Notes: generated by a model not told the origin, from the letters alone. A stretch of 64,000 nt of DNA from Candidatus Oxydemutatoraceae bacterium (GCA_965212025.1 OZ243039.1:1135705-1199704), one strand, 5' to 3'. Positions 20,499-30,385 are shown, counted from the first letter of the stretch. A program made the numbers and translations.

Positions 20499-21401
20499 CT
20501 ATGGGGCGAGGATGCCGGCGGCTTTGGCCACGCTGCGCAAAGTACCGTGATGTGTCTGGGAAAGCCATGTCAGTGGCAAACGGATGCCTGGCGGTATTTT
20601 ACCCATTTCACACAGCAGCCACTTTACGGGAATCGGGTTGGATTCGCAAAACAAAGCTTTGTGCAAAGCTTGCAAGCGCTGATCAATGCGCTCGGTGCCG
20701 GCGTGATCCTTTGCCAGAGCAGAACGGCACATATCACTGACCAGGCGGGGAGCAACATTGGCGGTCACGGAGATCACGCCATGACCACCACGCAAAATCG
20801 TGTCTGCGGCCATGAAATCTTCACCGCTGAAAATTATAAAATCTTCACCGCAAAGACGGGAAATTTCCTGGGTTCTTTGTGGATCGCCGGAGGCTTCCTT
20901 GATGCCGACTATGTTGTCGATTTCGCTCAAACGGCAAATGGTTTCAGGAAGCATGTCACACGCCGTGCGCGAAGGGACGTTGTACAGAATCTGCGGAATG
21001 TCCACTGCTTCGGCAATGCTTCGATAGTGCTGGTACAGCCCTTCCTGAGTCGGCTTGTTGTAATACGGAGTGATCAGCAGACAGGCGTCGGCGTTTTCGT
21101 GCGCGGCATTCCGGCTCAATCTGATCGCCTCGGCGGTGGCATTGGTTCCGGTTCCGGCAATGACCGGTACGCGACCGTTGACGGCCTGAACGGTTTCGCT
21201 GACCACCCGGCAATGCTCCTGAAAGTTCAGCGTGGCCGCTTCGCCGGTTGTTCCGCCGGGGACAATGGCGTTAGTGCCTTCCTGGACGTGAAAATCAACC
21301 AAGCGGTGCAAGGCGGGCAGAGCCAGTTCGCCACTGGATTGCATCGGAGTGACCATTGCCACCACGCTTCCTTTGAATCGCTGTAGATTTGTGCTCGTCA
21401 T
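20499..21401 (-). CDS. dapA: 4-hydroxy-tetrahydrodipicolinate synthase
   Basis: 'GSVVAMVTPM...AIVPGGTTGEAATL...IAGTGTNATAEAI...YNVPSRT' is the DapA/NAL family sequence. The ATG at 21401 (MTSTNLQRFKG) is preferred. Confidence 0.9.
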   Translation of the reverse strand: MTSTNLQRFKGSVVAMVTPMQSSGELALPALHRLVDFHVQEGTNAIVPGGTTGEAATLNFQEHCRVVSETVQAVNGRVPVIAGTGTNATAEAIRLSRNAAHENADACLLITPYYNKPTQEGLYQHYRSIAEAVDIPQILYNVPSRTACDMLPETICRLSEIDNIVGIKEASGDPQRTQEISRLCGEDFIIFSGEDFMAADTILRGGHGVISVTANVAPRLVSDMCRSALAKDHAGTERIDQRLQALHKALFCESNPIPVKWLLCEMGKIPPGIRLPLTWLSQTHHGTLRSVAKAAGILAP

Positions 21402-21481
21402 GTTCCTGCGGGTCTGCGGGCTAATGGTAATGAGCCACGTTCCAATTGACAAGAACTCAAGCCTGTGAATACCATTGGCAA

Positions 21482-21946
21482 ATGGCTGAACTCACCGTGG
21501 GGAGCGTTTTCCCCGACTTCACATTGCCGGCAACGAACGGCGAATTCACATTGTCGCAACAGCGTGGCAAAAAACTGGTGTTGTATTTCTACCCACGCGA
21601 CAACACCCCCGGTTGCACCCGCGAGGGGCAAGATTTTGCCAGTCAACATCGGCACTTCAAACGTTTGAAGGTACCGGTTTACGGGGTGTCACGCGACACC
21701 CTTGCCGCGCACGAAAAATTTCGCGCCAAATTCGACTTCCCCTTTGACTTGATCGCTGACAAGGAAGAGACCCTGTGTTCCCGGCTGGGATTGATGAAAG
21801 ACAAGAATATGTACGGGAAAAAAGTGCGCGGCCTTGAGCGCACCACGTTTTTGCTGGACGAAGAAGGAGTCGTACAACGTATATGGTCAAAAGTGAAAGT
21901 GCCCGGCCACGTTGACGAAGTGTTGGCAGCGGCGAAATCCCTTTGA
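21482..21946 (+). CDS. bcp: Thiol peroxidase / peroxiredoxin Bcp
   Basis: 'LVLYFYPRDNTPGCTREG' contains the peroxidatic Cys in the PGCT motif. Bcp is divergent from dapA as in E. coli. Confidence 0.88.
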   Translation: MAELTVGSVFPDFTLPATNGEFTLSQQRGKKLVLYFYPRDNTPGCTREGQDFASQHRHFKRLKVPVYGVSRDTLAAHEKFRAKFDFPFDLIADKEETLCSRLGLMKDKNMYGKKVRGLERTTFLLDEEGVVQRIWSKVKVPGHVDEVLAAAKSL

Positions 21947-21952
21947 AGCCCG

Positions 21953-23062
21953 CTATCGGAACTCCTGGTGTTGGGCGTATTGTCGCGGCCAGGCTTTTAG
22001 TACCGCGTTCACCAGCGTTGCCAGTGGAATGGCAAAAAATATTCCCCACACTCCCCAGATGCTGCCGAAGGTCAAAACAGCCAGGATGATGGCGATTGGG
22101 TGAAGGTTCACGGCCTCGGAAAACAGCAGAGGCACCAAGATATTGGCATCAAGAAATTGCAGCGCCAGATAAACCCCAAGCAAGTAATAAAAGTCACTGC
22201 TCAGCCCCCATTGCGTATGCGCAACCAGCACGACCGGCACCGTTACAATCGCAATGCCGATGTAGGGAATGATGACAGATAACCCGACCAACAAAGAAAG
22301 CAATGGCGCGTAGTTCAGGCCGAGAAAATAAAAGGCGATCCATGTGACCGCCCACAACACAGCAACTTCAATGACCTTGCCTCGGATGTAGCCCGCTATT
22401 CCCCGGTTCACTTCGCCCCATACCGTGCGGGTGAGAGCCTGGCTTTCCTGTTTGGGAAGGAAGCCGGAGAGCCACCCCCAGATTTGATCTTTGTCTTTTA
22501 GCATGAAAAAAATGATCAGCGGCACGAGTACCAGGTACACCAAAGTGGTAATGGCGGTCGTTAAGGTGGACAGCGACACTGCCAGCAGACCTTTGCCGTA
22601 ATTCAGAAGATTGGTTTTCAGGTTTTGAACCACTTCGGTGATTTCCTGCTCGCTGAAAAGTTCCGGGTACTTCTCTGGCAATTGGGAAAGCAGGGCTTGG
22701 CTCTTGGCAAAAAATTGCGGCAGTTCTGTCATGAGCCGAGCGAGCTGCCCGTATAAAACCGGAATGATAAAAAGCAGAAACATGACGGAAAAGGCAAGAA
22801 AAGCACCAAAGATCAATGTCAGCGCCAATCCACCCGGCATACCTGTGCGGCGCAAAGAGGTAATCGCGCCGTCCAGAAGGTAGGCGAGAATCAGGCTGGA
22901 AAGCAAGGGACCCAGAATGTCGCCAGCAAAGGAAATTACGCTGATCCCAATGGCTAGCAGAATAACGAGCAGGACAACCTGAGGGTTGGAAAGAGAGCGC
23001 TTCCACCAGCTTTGGATCACATCCATTTTTTGATACTCACTGGCGTTTCCGGTTTCAGTCAA
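21953..23062 (-). CDS. perM: AI-2E family transporter (PerM/YdiK-like)
   Basis: 369-aa polytopic membrane protein with an AI-2E family fold. It is adjacent to bcp, as perM is in enterobacteria. Confidence 0.75.
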   Translation of the reverse strand: MTETGNASEYQKMDVIQSWWKRSLSNPQVVLLVILLAIGISVISFAGDILGPLLSSLILAYLLDGAITSLRRTGMPGGLALTLIFGAFLAFSVMFLLFIIPVLYGQLARLMTELPQFFAKSQALLSQLPEKYPELFSEQEITEVVQNLKTNLLNYGKGLLAVSLSTLTTAITTLVYLVLVPLIIFFMLKDKDQIWGWLSGFLPKQESQALTRTVWGEVNRGIAGYIRGKVIEVAVLWAVTWIAFYFLGLNYAPLLSLLVGLSVIIPYIGIAIVTVPVVLVAHTQWGLSSDFYYLLGVYLALQFLDANILVPLLFSEAVNLHPIAIILAVLTFGSIWGVWGIFFAIPLATLVNAVLKAWPRQYAQHQEFR

Positions 23063-23459
23063 GTGGGCTCAAAGCCATGCGGCAGGCGGTCACTTTTTGT
23101 GTACCCAAGCCCAATAATGATAAAAGGATGGTGGGAGAGCAAAGGTTGTTTTCGCAAGTCGTTTCCGTTCCGGTTGAGCCGGACTTTCCGGCACAAGACA
23201 TTTTTAGCGCTTCCTGCATGGTTGGCAGACCGATTGTAACGCAAGGAAACAGAGAGCAGCGTCGAAAAGATGATTGGTGACCGTTTTGATAAACATGAGG
23301 CTCGAGGGCTGGCGGATAAAAGTACAGGGGAGGTGTGGCACTTTTGCTTTTAGAAGGCACTGTACGTTCTGCCGGGAAACGATTGGTTCCTGTCATGCGT
23401 AAAGCGAAAGCCGTTTTGGTCTTGGGACGGACCGCGCCGAGATTAGTACAGTCCAGCTC

Positions 23460-26400
23460 ATGATGGTGCGTTTGAAATGCTTTGTCTGGGGGGCACAGAG
23501 ACTGATCAGAAACAGATATTGCTTATTGGCTCTGCTGCTGCTGTTGCTGGCGCCTGGCGTGTTTTCGCAAAGCATGCCTGGCAGGGAAGTTGAGTTGCCG
23601 CAGGTGCAATCGAGTCCTGAAATTCGCCATGCCTGGAAAGCAGCGGTTGAAAATTATCCCTTGCAGGCAACGCAGCTTGATCTTTCCGTGCTGAGTGACA
23701 AAGAACAGGAAGAAATCCAAAGTTTGCTCAGTGACCCGATAAAGACCTACGTGGGGATTGGCAGAAACGTACACCTGACTGAAGCAAATTGGGCAATGGT
23801 CAAGCGGCAAGACGGGTTTGCAATATGGCAGGCACAGATCCATTCTCCGGCGGCCTTGTCTTTGAAGGTGCGTTTCAGCGATTTTGATCTTGGGTTGGGG
23901 ATGTCCGTCAAAGTGTACGGTCTCAGTGGTGGCATCGGTGCCCCGGTTGAAGAATATGCGGGTCGTGGATTGGGAGACGATGGGGAGTTTTGGTCATTGG
24001 CGGTTCCTGGAGACTCGGTGGCCGTGGAGTACTGGCTTCCTGCCGAGCTTGAGATGCGCCCTGCTGATTTTCCCTTCAAGGTGGAAAGAATCAGCCATCG
24101 CTTCAGGGAAGAAGGCAAGCTGTCCGGAGTGAATGTGAGGCTCCTTGTCCCCCGACAATCCACTTGTGGATCTCCAGTGCCTGTCTGTTCCGCAAAGAAT
24201 GAAGTGGCGCGGGGTGTTGCTCGCTATTACGTCATTAGGGATGACGGGAAAGAAAGACAGTGTTCTGGCACCTTACTGAACAATGGAAGCGGGTCAGGGA
24301 ACCGTGCGCTTTATTTTCTCACAGCTTTTCATTGCATCGATGGGGTGGTGCGTTCTTCCGAAGTTCCCAAAGACACATTCATCAATACGGAGTTCCGGTT
24401 TCGTTACGATAATTGCACTGATAAATCTGAATACATTGAGGGTAGAGGCGCGACATTTGTTGCCGGAAGTGTGATCACGGTGGGGGATTGGGCGCTGTTG
24501 CGCATTGATGGGGAACTGACCGGTGGCAGCGGGGGTGGCTACACCCTTCTGGGTTGGGATTCTGCAAATCTTTCAAGATTTGCAGGCTACACGATTCATC
24601 ACGGAAGTGGCCTACCGCAAAGGCGCTCTTCATTTGACAGCATCGGTCTTGATTATGTGGCAAGAGTTGTGACGAATGGCAATGGCGGTCGTTCAACAGT
24701 TTTTTTGCCGTGCTCGGGTGCAGGCTGCTCGCATTTCGACTTGCGATTTAATCAAAGTATTTCTGGCGGTGCGTCAGGTGCTTCCATCTTGGTTGATGGT
24801 GACAAGCCGCAAGTGGTGGGCGTGCTTACGAATACTAATGAGACCTGCGGAGGGAATGCTTCCAGGTTCAGCAAGATGTACGAGGATGGGCGGGTTCAGG
24901 GAGCACTCACTTACGGTGACGATTATTTTCGGGACAGGGGAGAGGCGAGAAGCTTTGATGACTCGGCTCGGCCTGACTACAACCCCGTCCCGCCTGCGAT
25001 TGAAGGTGATGCCGAGATTGTGATCGGTGTGGTACATGGCAGTAATGGCTTGCCACTGACTTTGCGTGCCGAGGCGTTTGATGTCCGTTCCTTGCGCTGG
25101 GGTCTGCTGGAGGATTCAGGCCCGAGCGTGGCGGGAAGTGGGGTGCGTTTTCTGGAGGACAAAGGGGCGCGGGCACGTCTTGTCTACGAGGTTCCCGGGG
25201 GGATTAAAGAGCAAGATCAGTTTTCTGTGCAGGTGAGCAGTGCGGGGGGCAGCGATATGGTGACTGTACGCGTGCGACTTATTGGTGGGCCATTGCCGTT
25301 GCCGCCAGAGTGCGAGGGAAAGGGGTTGGCGACGGTTCCGGGGAATGGGACACTTGGCAATCCCTATCAACTGAGCACGCTTTGCCAACTGCAGGACATC
25401 AATTCGCAGCTCGACTCTCACTATCGCCTGACTGCCGATATTGATGCTTCTTCCAGCCGGGACTGGAATGGTGGAAGCGGGTTTCATCCTGTCGCCAAGG
25501 GTGTAGGAATCTTCCAGATTTTTGAACTGCTTGATGGTGAGTTGGCGTTAAGGAGTACTTACGAAAGGACTCTGTCGCAATATGTTTTTAGAGGTTCCTT
25601 CGATGGCGGCGGTTTTTCCATTGATGGACTGGTGGTGAACCGGGAAGAGGAAGAACTCGTGGGTCTGTTTTCCATCACGGATGGTGCCACCTTCAGGAAT
25701 GTGCGGCTTTTGAACTCGGAAATAAAAGGGCGCGACGGAGTTGGCACCTTGGCAGGACTCATGATTCGCAGCACGGTTTCTGGGTTCCATTTCAGGGGCG
25801 GTGTCGATGGGATCTCGGATGTAGGAAGCCTTTCGGGGATCAGTTTTTCCGGGAGCTTTGAAAACGGCTCGGTAACCGGTTCGGTACAGGGGGCTGAAGA
25901 TTTTGTCGGTGGTCTTGCAGGGGGGCATTTTGGGGGGACTGTGTCCGATGTTTCAGCGTACGGGTTGACCGTCTCGGGAAGAAACTATGTTGGCGGGCTC
26001 GTCGGCCATGATAGAAACAGCACCATCAGCGACAGCAATGCGCATACAGAGGTTTCCGGAGACGATTTTGTCGGGGGCTTGACTGGGTGGAGCCAAGGAG
26101 GAACGCTTGGTAAATGCTTCGTAACCGGCACGGCCAACGGCTTCAGCGTTGTTGGCGGACTCGCAGGATGGGTTCGTGGAAGTGACATCATCGACAGTTA
26201 CGCGACAGCTTCTGCCTCGGGAACTGACAACGTGGGCGGATTGGTAGGCTGGAGCAGCAATGGAGGGGCTATCAGCAACAGTTATGCGACCGGAGCTGCT
26301 ACCGGCACCACTTGGGTAGGCAGCCTGGTTGGTGATAATCAGGGCGAAGTCAGGAACAGCTATGCCTCGGGTGTGGTTACGCCGGTAGGGAATGGTCAAT

Positions 26401-28142
26401 ACGTGGGAGGTCTCCTGGGAGATAACAGCGGTGGGTCTTCGTCTGACAGCTTCATGCGTACGTTGGCGCAATTGCAGTGCCCGTTAAGGCCTGGTCAGTC
26501 TTGTCGGGGTGCTCGCTCGTATGTCGGTTGGAGTGAGCGGGAGTGGGACTTTGGTGATGCGAACAAGCTGCCAACCATCCGCTCGCAGCCGGCTCCGGTG
26601 ATTGCGGAGGGTGACGAGAAAGTGCTCGTAGCGGCTTATGGTAGTAGTAGCGTGACGCTGGCCTTGCATGCCGAGTCTGTCAACCCCGATTCTTTGAGAT
26701 GGCAGTTGTTGTCTGGTTCAGGTTCGGGTGTGCCGGGAAGCAGCGTGCGTTTCCTGAAAGACCAAGGAGCAGAGGCGCGTATTGTTTATGAGGTGCAGGG
26801 AGGGATTCGGAAGGAAGACCAATTTTCTGTACAGGTGAGAGGTACAGGTGGCACAGATGTGATTACTGTACTCGTAGGTGTTGCGCCTGCGATTGTAGGG
26901 GATGACGAAAAAGCGCTCAGCGTGGCTTATGGTAGTGGTGAAGGGGAACTGACCATGCGTGCCGGGGCGGTCAATCCTGATTCTCTGAGGTGGCGGTTGG
27001 TGTCCGGCTCAGGTTCGAGTGTGCCGGAAAGTCGTGTACGTTTTCTGAGAAATCAGGGAGTTGAGGCGCGTGTCGTTTATGAGGTTCCTGGCGGGATTCG
27101 GCAGGAAGACCAGTTTTCCATACAGGTGACGGGTACAGGTGGCACAGATGTAGTTGTTGTGCGCGTGGTCGTTGTGCCTACTATTGTGGAGGGTGACGAG
27201 GAAACGCTCGTGGTGGCTTATGGTAGTGGTGGTGGGGAGTTGGTCTTGCATGCCGAGGCGGTCAATCCCGACTCTCTGAGCTGGCAGTTGGTGTCCGGTT
27301 CAGGGCCTCAGGAAGGTAATGTACGCTTTACGGATCAAACGGGAGCTGAAGCACGTGTTGTTTATGAGGTGCGAGGTGGGATTCGTCAGAGAGATAAATT
27401 CTCTGTGCAGGTGCGTGATTCGGGTGGCAGCGATGAAATTACGATTTTTGTGATGCCGGACAGGCCGCCGGTGATCAACCGAGTTTTCGGTAGGGAGGTT
27501 GACGATGATGATGATGAGTTGATTGTCTACATCAGTCCCCAAACTCTAGAAGTGGTTCTGGATGTGATTGCTTCAGACGAGTCTCCTGAAAATCTGGAGT
27601 GGACAGTTACAGGTGATGCTGGAGCTTCGCTTGACATCTTTCCTCGTTCTCGGGTGGGAGGAGAAGTTGAGGTGTCATACCGACGAAGTTCTGCGGAAAT
27701 CAAAAGCGGTAGTTTTGTCACCACAGTGACAGACAGATTTGGACAATCAGACTCGTTTGTGGTGCGTATAGCCGAGAATGCGGATGCTCCGGAGGTCGTC
27801 AATGATGGTGTGACAATCACTAAGACGGGTAAAACGCTGGAAGTGAAAATACCTTACAGCAGCGAGCAACTAGTACTGGATTTGGTTACCCGTTTGGCAC
27901 GGGCGGGGCTTGTGGGGGAACAAGTCAGAAGTACCCCGACCGATGCGCAGGCGTCGTTCTCTTCGGCTGACGGTGAAGGGGCACTGAAGGTTCTGTTACC
28001 GGTTCCACTAGGTGTGGATGAAGCCTCGTTCTTGATACGGGTCAGAAACGGGGCTGCCAGCGAGAAAATTACGATACATGTCACGCGTGAGCAAGTTATC
28101 CGGCTGCGCCTGAAAGCGTACCTCGGTGGAGCGACTCGATAG
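23460..28142 (+). CDS. Secreted multidomain trypsin-like serine protease (lysyl-endopeptidase-like S1 domain + Ig-like repeats + GLUG repeats)
   Basis: Signal peptide 'LIRNRYCLLALLLLLLAPGVFSQ|S'. The S1 catalytic triad has His in 'LTAFHCIDG', Asp in 'GDWALLRIDG' and Ser in 'ISGGASGASI' (compare the lysyl endopeptidase GGSSGSP motif). An 'NGTLGNPYQLSTLCQLQDINSQLDSHYRLTADIDAS' segment precedes multiple 'VGGLVG...NSYATG' GLUG-type repeats. Four ~99-aa Ig-like repeats are present ('...VAYGSG..L.L.AEAVNPDSLRW.L.SGSG....VRF....GAEARVVYEV.GGIR.EDQFSVQV'). The C-terminus ends '...RLRLKAYLGGATR'. Confidence 0.8.
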   Translation: MMVRLKCFVWGAQRLIRNRYCLLALLLLLLAPGVFSQSMPGREVELPQVQSSPEIRHAWKAAVENYPLQATQLDLSVLSDKEQEEIQSLLSDPIKTYVGIGRNVHLTEANWAMVKRQDGFAIWQAQIHSPAALSLKVRFSDFDLGLGMSVKVYGLSGGIGAPVEEYAGRGLGDDGEFWSLAVPGDSVAVEYWLPAELEMRPADFPFKVERISHRFREEGKLSGVNVRLLVPRQSTCGSPVPVCSAKNEVARGVARYYVIRDDGKERQCSGTLLNNGSGSGNRALYFLTAFHCIDGVVRSSEVPKDTFINTEFRFRYDNCTDKSEYIEGRGATFVAGSVITVGDWALLRIDGELTGGSGGGYTLLGWDSANLSRFAGYTIHHGSGLPQRRSSFDSIGLDYVARVVTNGNGGRSTVFLPCSGAGCSHFDLRFNQSISGGASGASILVDGDKPQVVGVLTNTNETCGGNASRFSKMYEDGRVQGALTYGDDYFRDRGEARSFDDSARPDYNPVPPAIEGDAEIVIGVVHGSNGLPLTLRAEAFDVRSLRWGLLEDSGPSVAGSGVRFLEDKGARARLVYEVPGGIKEQDQFSVQVSSAGGSDMVTVRVRLIGGPLPLPPECEGKGLATVPGNGTLGNPYQLSTLCQLQDINSQLDSHYRLTADIDASSSRDWNGGSGFHPVAKGVGIFQIFELLDGELALRSTYERTLSQYVFRGSFDGGGFSIDGLVVNREEEELVGLFSITDGATFRNVRLLNSEIKGRDGVGTLAGLMIRSTVSGFHFRGGVDGISDVGSLSGISFSGSFENGSVTGSVQGAEDFVGGLAGGHFGGTVSDVSAYGLTVSGRNYVGGLVGHDRNSTISDSNAHTEVSGDDFVGGLTGWSQGGTLGKCFVTGTANGFSVVGGLAGWVRGSDIIDSYATASASGTDNVGGLVGWSSNGGAISNSYATGAATGTTWVGSLVGDNQGEVRNSYASGVVTPVGNGQYVGGLLGDNSGGSSSDSFMRTLAQLQCPLRPGQSCRGARSYVGWSEREWDFGDANKLPTIRSQPAPVIAEGDEKVLVAAYGSSSVTLALHAESVNPDSLRWQLLSGSGSGVPGSSVRFLKDQGAEARIVYEVQGGIRKEDQFSVQVRGTGGTDVITVLVGVAPAIVGDDEKALSVAYGSGEGELTMRAGAVNPDSLRWRLVSGSGSSVPESRVRFLRNQGVEARVVYEVPGGIRQEDQFSIQVTGTGGTDVVVVRVVVVPTIVEGDEETLVVAYGSGGGELVLHAEAVNPDSLSWQLVSGSGPQEGNVRFTDQTGAEARVVYEVRGGIRQRDKFSVQVRDSGGSDEITIFVMPDRPPVINRVFGREVDDDDDELIVYISPQTLEVVLDVIASDESPENLEWTVTGDAGASLDIFPRSRVGGEVEVSYRRSSAEIKSGSFVTTVTDRFGQSDSFVVRIAENADAPEVVNDGVTITKTGKTLEVKIPYSSEQLVLDLVTRLARAGLVGEQVRSTPTDAQASFSSADGEGALKVLLPVPLGVDEASFLIRVRNGAASEKITIHVTREQVIRLRLKAYLGGATR
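26590..27470 (+). repeat. Three consecutive ~297-bp intragenic tandem repeats encoding Ig-like modules (a fourth, more diverged copy at ~24990-25290)
   Basis: Protein-level repeats start 'PAPVIAEGDEKVLVAAYGSS', 'PAIVGDDEKALSVAYGSG' and 'PTIVEGDEETLVVAYGSG'. The underlying nucleotide units share long identical stretches, such as 'ggcttatggtagtggtg', 'gtcaatcccgactctctgag' and 'gtttatgaggt'. Confidence 0.8.
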
Positions 28143-28520
28143 GAGTGAACCACGTCTGTTTTGGCAAGCAGTTTCTTGGGTTCTGTTTTGAGTGAAGCTC
28201 CGTTTGTTCAGGATGAGGGTTAGCAACGGGTCTGCCAGCGAGAAAATTACGATACATGTCACGCGTGAGCAGGTTATCCGGCTGCGCCTGAAGGCGCACC
28301 TCGGTGGAGCGGCTCGATAGGAGTGAATCACGCCCGTTTCGGCAAGCTACTCCTTGGATTCTGTTTTGAGTGAAGCTCCGTTTGTTCAGGATGAGGGTTA
28401 GCAACGGGTCTGCCAGCGAGCAAATGACGACATTATGTGAGTGGGGTTATGCGCGAGCAGGTTATATCCGGTCGTGCCTGAAAGCACACCTCGGTGGTGC
28501 GATTCGATAGGAGTGAATCA
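28044..28520 (+). repeat. Three tandem ~180-bp copies of the protease 3'-tail cassette (copy 1 is the true gene end; copies 2 and 3 are degenerate)
   Basis: Copy 1 at 28044-28141 encodes '...NGAASEKITIHVTREQVIRLRLKAYLGGATR*'. Copy 2 at 28222-28319 encodes 'NGSASEKITIHVTREQVIRLRLKAHLGGAAR*'. Copy 3 at 28402-28508 carries indels and encodes '...CLKAHLGGAIR*'. The spacers between copies ('gagtgaa[ct]cacg...gttcaggatgagggttagc') are themselves homologous to upstream coding sequence. Confidence 0.85.
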
Positions 28521-28840
28521 CGCTCATCTCGGTAGCCGATTCCTTATTTTTTTGCTTCGCTACCCTTTGGCACCAATATGATCAGACCGTGTCTTTGGCA
28601 ATGTCGTAGCCAGGTCGCAACGCTGGGCAGATGCGAAATCGTGCGCAGCAGTTTCCGGCGGCTCTACTACTGCGTAGCTCGTGTGGTGCACCCGATTTTG
28701 GGTAGCGGTGACGGAAGTTACTCTGGCGTGTTGTACCACCTATCGGGAAACGGTAGTTTTCCGAACGTGCAAGGCGAAAGCCGTTTTGCGCCACGTGGCA
28801 TCAGAGTTGGCAAGTCTGGCTTCGTGAAGGTGCGTTTGAA

Positions 28841-30385
28841 GTGCTTTGCCTGAGGGTAGAGAAACTGATCAGAAACAGATATTGCTTATTGGCGCTGCTA
28901 CTGCTGGCACCTGGTGTGTTTTCGCAAAGTGTGCCGAGCATGGAAGTTGAACTGCGGCCTGCGCGAACGAGTTCTGAAATTCGCCATGCCCGGAAAGCAG
29001 CGGTTGAAAATTATCCCTTGCGGGCAACGCAGCTTGATCTTTCCGTGCTGAGCGACAAAGAACAGGAAGAAATCCAAAGTTTGCTCAGTGATCCGATAAA
29101 GACCTACGTGGGGATTGGCAGAGACGTCTACTTGACTGAAGCAAATTGGGCAATGGTCAAGCGGGAAGACGGGTTTTCAATATGGCAGGCACAGATCTAT
29201 TCTCCGGCGGCTTTGTCGTTGAATGTGCGTTTCAGCGATTTTGATCTTGGGTTGGGGATGTCCGTTAAAGTGTACGGTCTTGGCGGCGGCGTCGGTGCCC
29301 CGGTTGGGGAATATACGGATCGTGGATTGGGGGACGGTGGAAAGTTATGGTCGCTGTCAGTTCATGGAGACACGGTGGTTGTGGAATACTGGCTTCCTGC
29401 CGAGTTCGAAACGCGCCCCGCTGATTTTCCCTTCAGGGTAGAAAGACTCAGTCATGGCTTCAGGGACGAAGAAGGCAGGCTATCTGGAGTGAATGTAAGG
29501 AGCTTTGTCCCCCGTCAATCCACTTGCGGGTCACCACTTCCTGTCTGTGCTGCAGATGATGAAAATGCGCAGGGCGTCGCTCTCTATTTTGTTACTGACC
29601 ATGACGGGAGGCGAGGCCAGTGCTCTGGTGTCTTACTGAACAATGGAAACGAACCAAGGAACCGTACGCTTTATTTTCTCACCGCTTTTCATTGCATTGA
29701 TGGGGTGGTGAGGTCTTCCGAAGCTCCCAAAGGAACACGCATCAATACGGAGTTTCGGTTTCACTACGATACCGCATTATGCGGTTCTGATGGTTATATC
29801 AGTGGTGGAAACTCACGATTTATTGCTGGAAGCATTAGGGGAGATTGGGCACTGCTGCGTATTGACGGAGACCTGACCAATTTGAGTAGGAAGCAACTTT
29901 ATTACAGGCACCAAGGCTGGAGTGCCAGGCATCTTGGAGTTTTTTTTGGCTACATACTTCACCACCCAGTTCGTATGTCGCTAGGATTCTCCTCTTTTCT
30001 CAGCATTGGTCTTAGTCATGTGGTCGGAACCGGAACGAATAGCTACTTTGAGCCGTGTACGCATGCTGGCTGCTCGCATTTCAAATATTCTCTAGACCGA
30101 GCTACTTCAGGCGGCTCTTCAGGTGCTCCTATTTTTTATCCTGTTGGAGACTACGTTGTGGGGGTGCATACGCATGGTATTAGCAGCAGCTGCGTCGGGT
30201 GGGGAGCCCGATTCAGCAAGATGTACGAGGATGGAAGAGTTAAGGGAGCACTCACATACGGTGACGATTATTATTTTGACAGGGGAGCGGCGATGAATTT
30301 TGCTGACTCAGATCAACCTGGCTACAACCTCCGCGGGCAAGTTCCGGTGCGTTTGAAAGTGTACCTCGGTGGCGCGGTTCGATAG
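28841..30385 (+). CDS. Secreted trypsin-like serine protease, short paralog of 23460..28142
   Basis: The signal peptide and leader are nearly identical ('LIRNRYCLLALLLLAPGVFSQS'), as are the N-domain and S1 domain ('LTAFHCIDGVVRSSE', 'DWALLRIDGDL', 'TSGGSSGAPI'). The protein ends 'VPVRLKVYLGGAVR', homologous to the long paralog's tail. It starts at GTG 28841. The upstream 'VKVRLKCFA*' is the out-of-frame remnant of the paralog's ATG start. Confidence 0.75.
   Translation: MLCLRVEKLIRNRYCLLALLLLAPGVFSQSVPSMEVELRPARTSSEIRHARKAAVENYPLRATQLDLSVLSDKEQEEIQSLLSDPIKTYVGIGRDVYLTEANWAMVKREDGFSIWQAQIYSPAALSLNVRFSDFDLGLGMSVKVYGLGGGVGAPVGEYTDRGLGDGGKLWSLSVHGDTVVVEYWLPAEFETRPADFPFRVERLSHGFRDEEGRLSGVNVRSFVPRQSTCGSPLPVCAADDENAQGVALYFVTDHDGRRGQCSGVLLNNGNEPRNRTLYFLTAFHCIDGVVRSSEAPKGTRINTEFRFHYDTALCGSDGYISGGNSRFIAGSIRGDWALLRIDGDLTNLSRKQLYYRHQGWSARHLGVFFGYILHHPVRMSLGFSSFLSIGLSHVVGTGTNSYFEPCTHAGCSHFKYSLDRATSGGSSGAPIFYPVGDYVVGVHTHGISSSCVGWGARFSKMYEDGRVKGALTYGDDYYFDRGAAMNFADSDQPGYNLRGQVPVRLKVYLGGAVR

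Noticed and set aside
23170-23195. 'gccggaaagtccggc' on the minus strand, resembling the RNase P P4 5' strand
   Set aside because: The flanking sequence does not continue the RNase P consensus (no AUAGGGCAGG). It is just a short palindromic hairpin in the perM-protease intergenic region.
28578-28853. 91-aa ORF upstream of the short protease gene
   Set aside because: It is the out-of-frame remnant of the duplicated leader/start region (it ends '...VKVRLKCFA*', equal to 'MMVRLKCFV' of gene 1) plus trailer sequence. It is not an independent gene.
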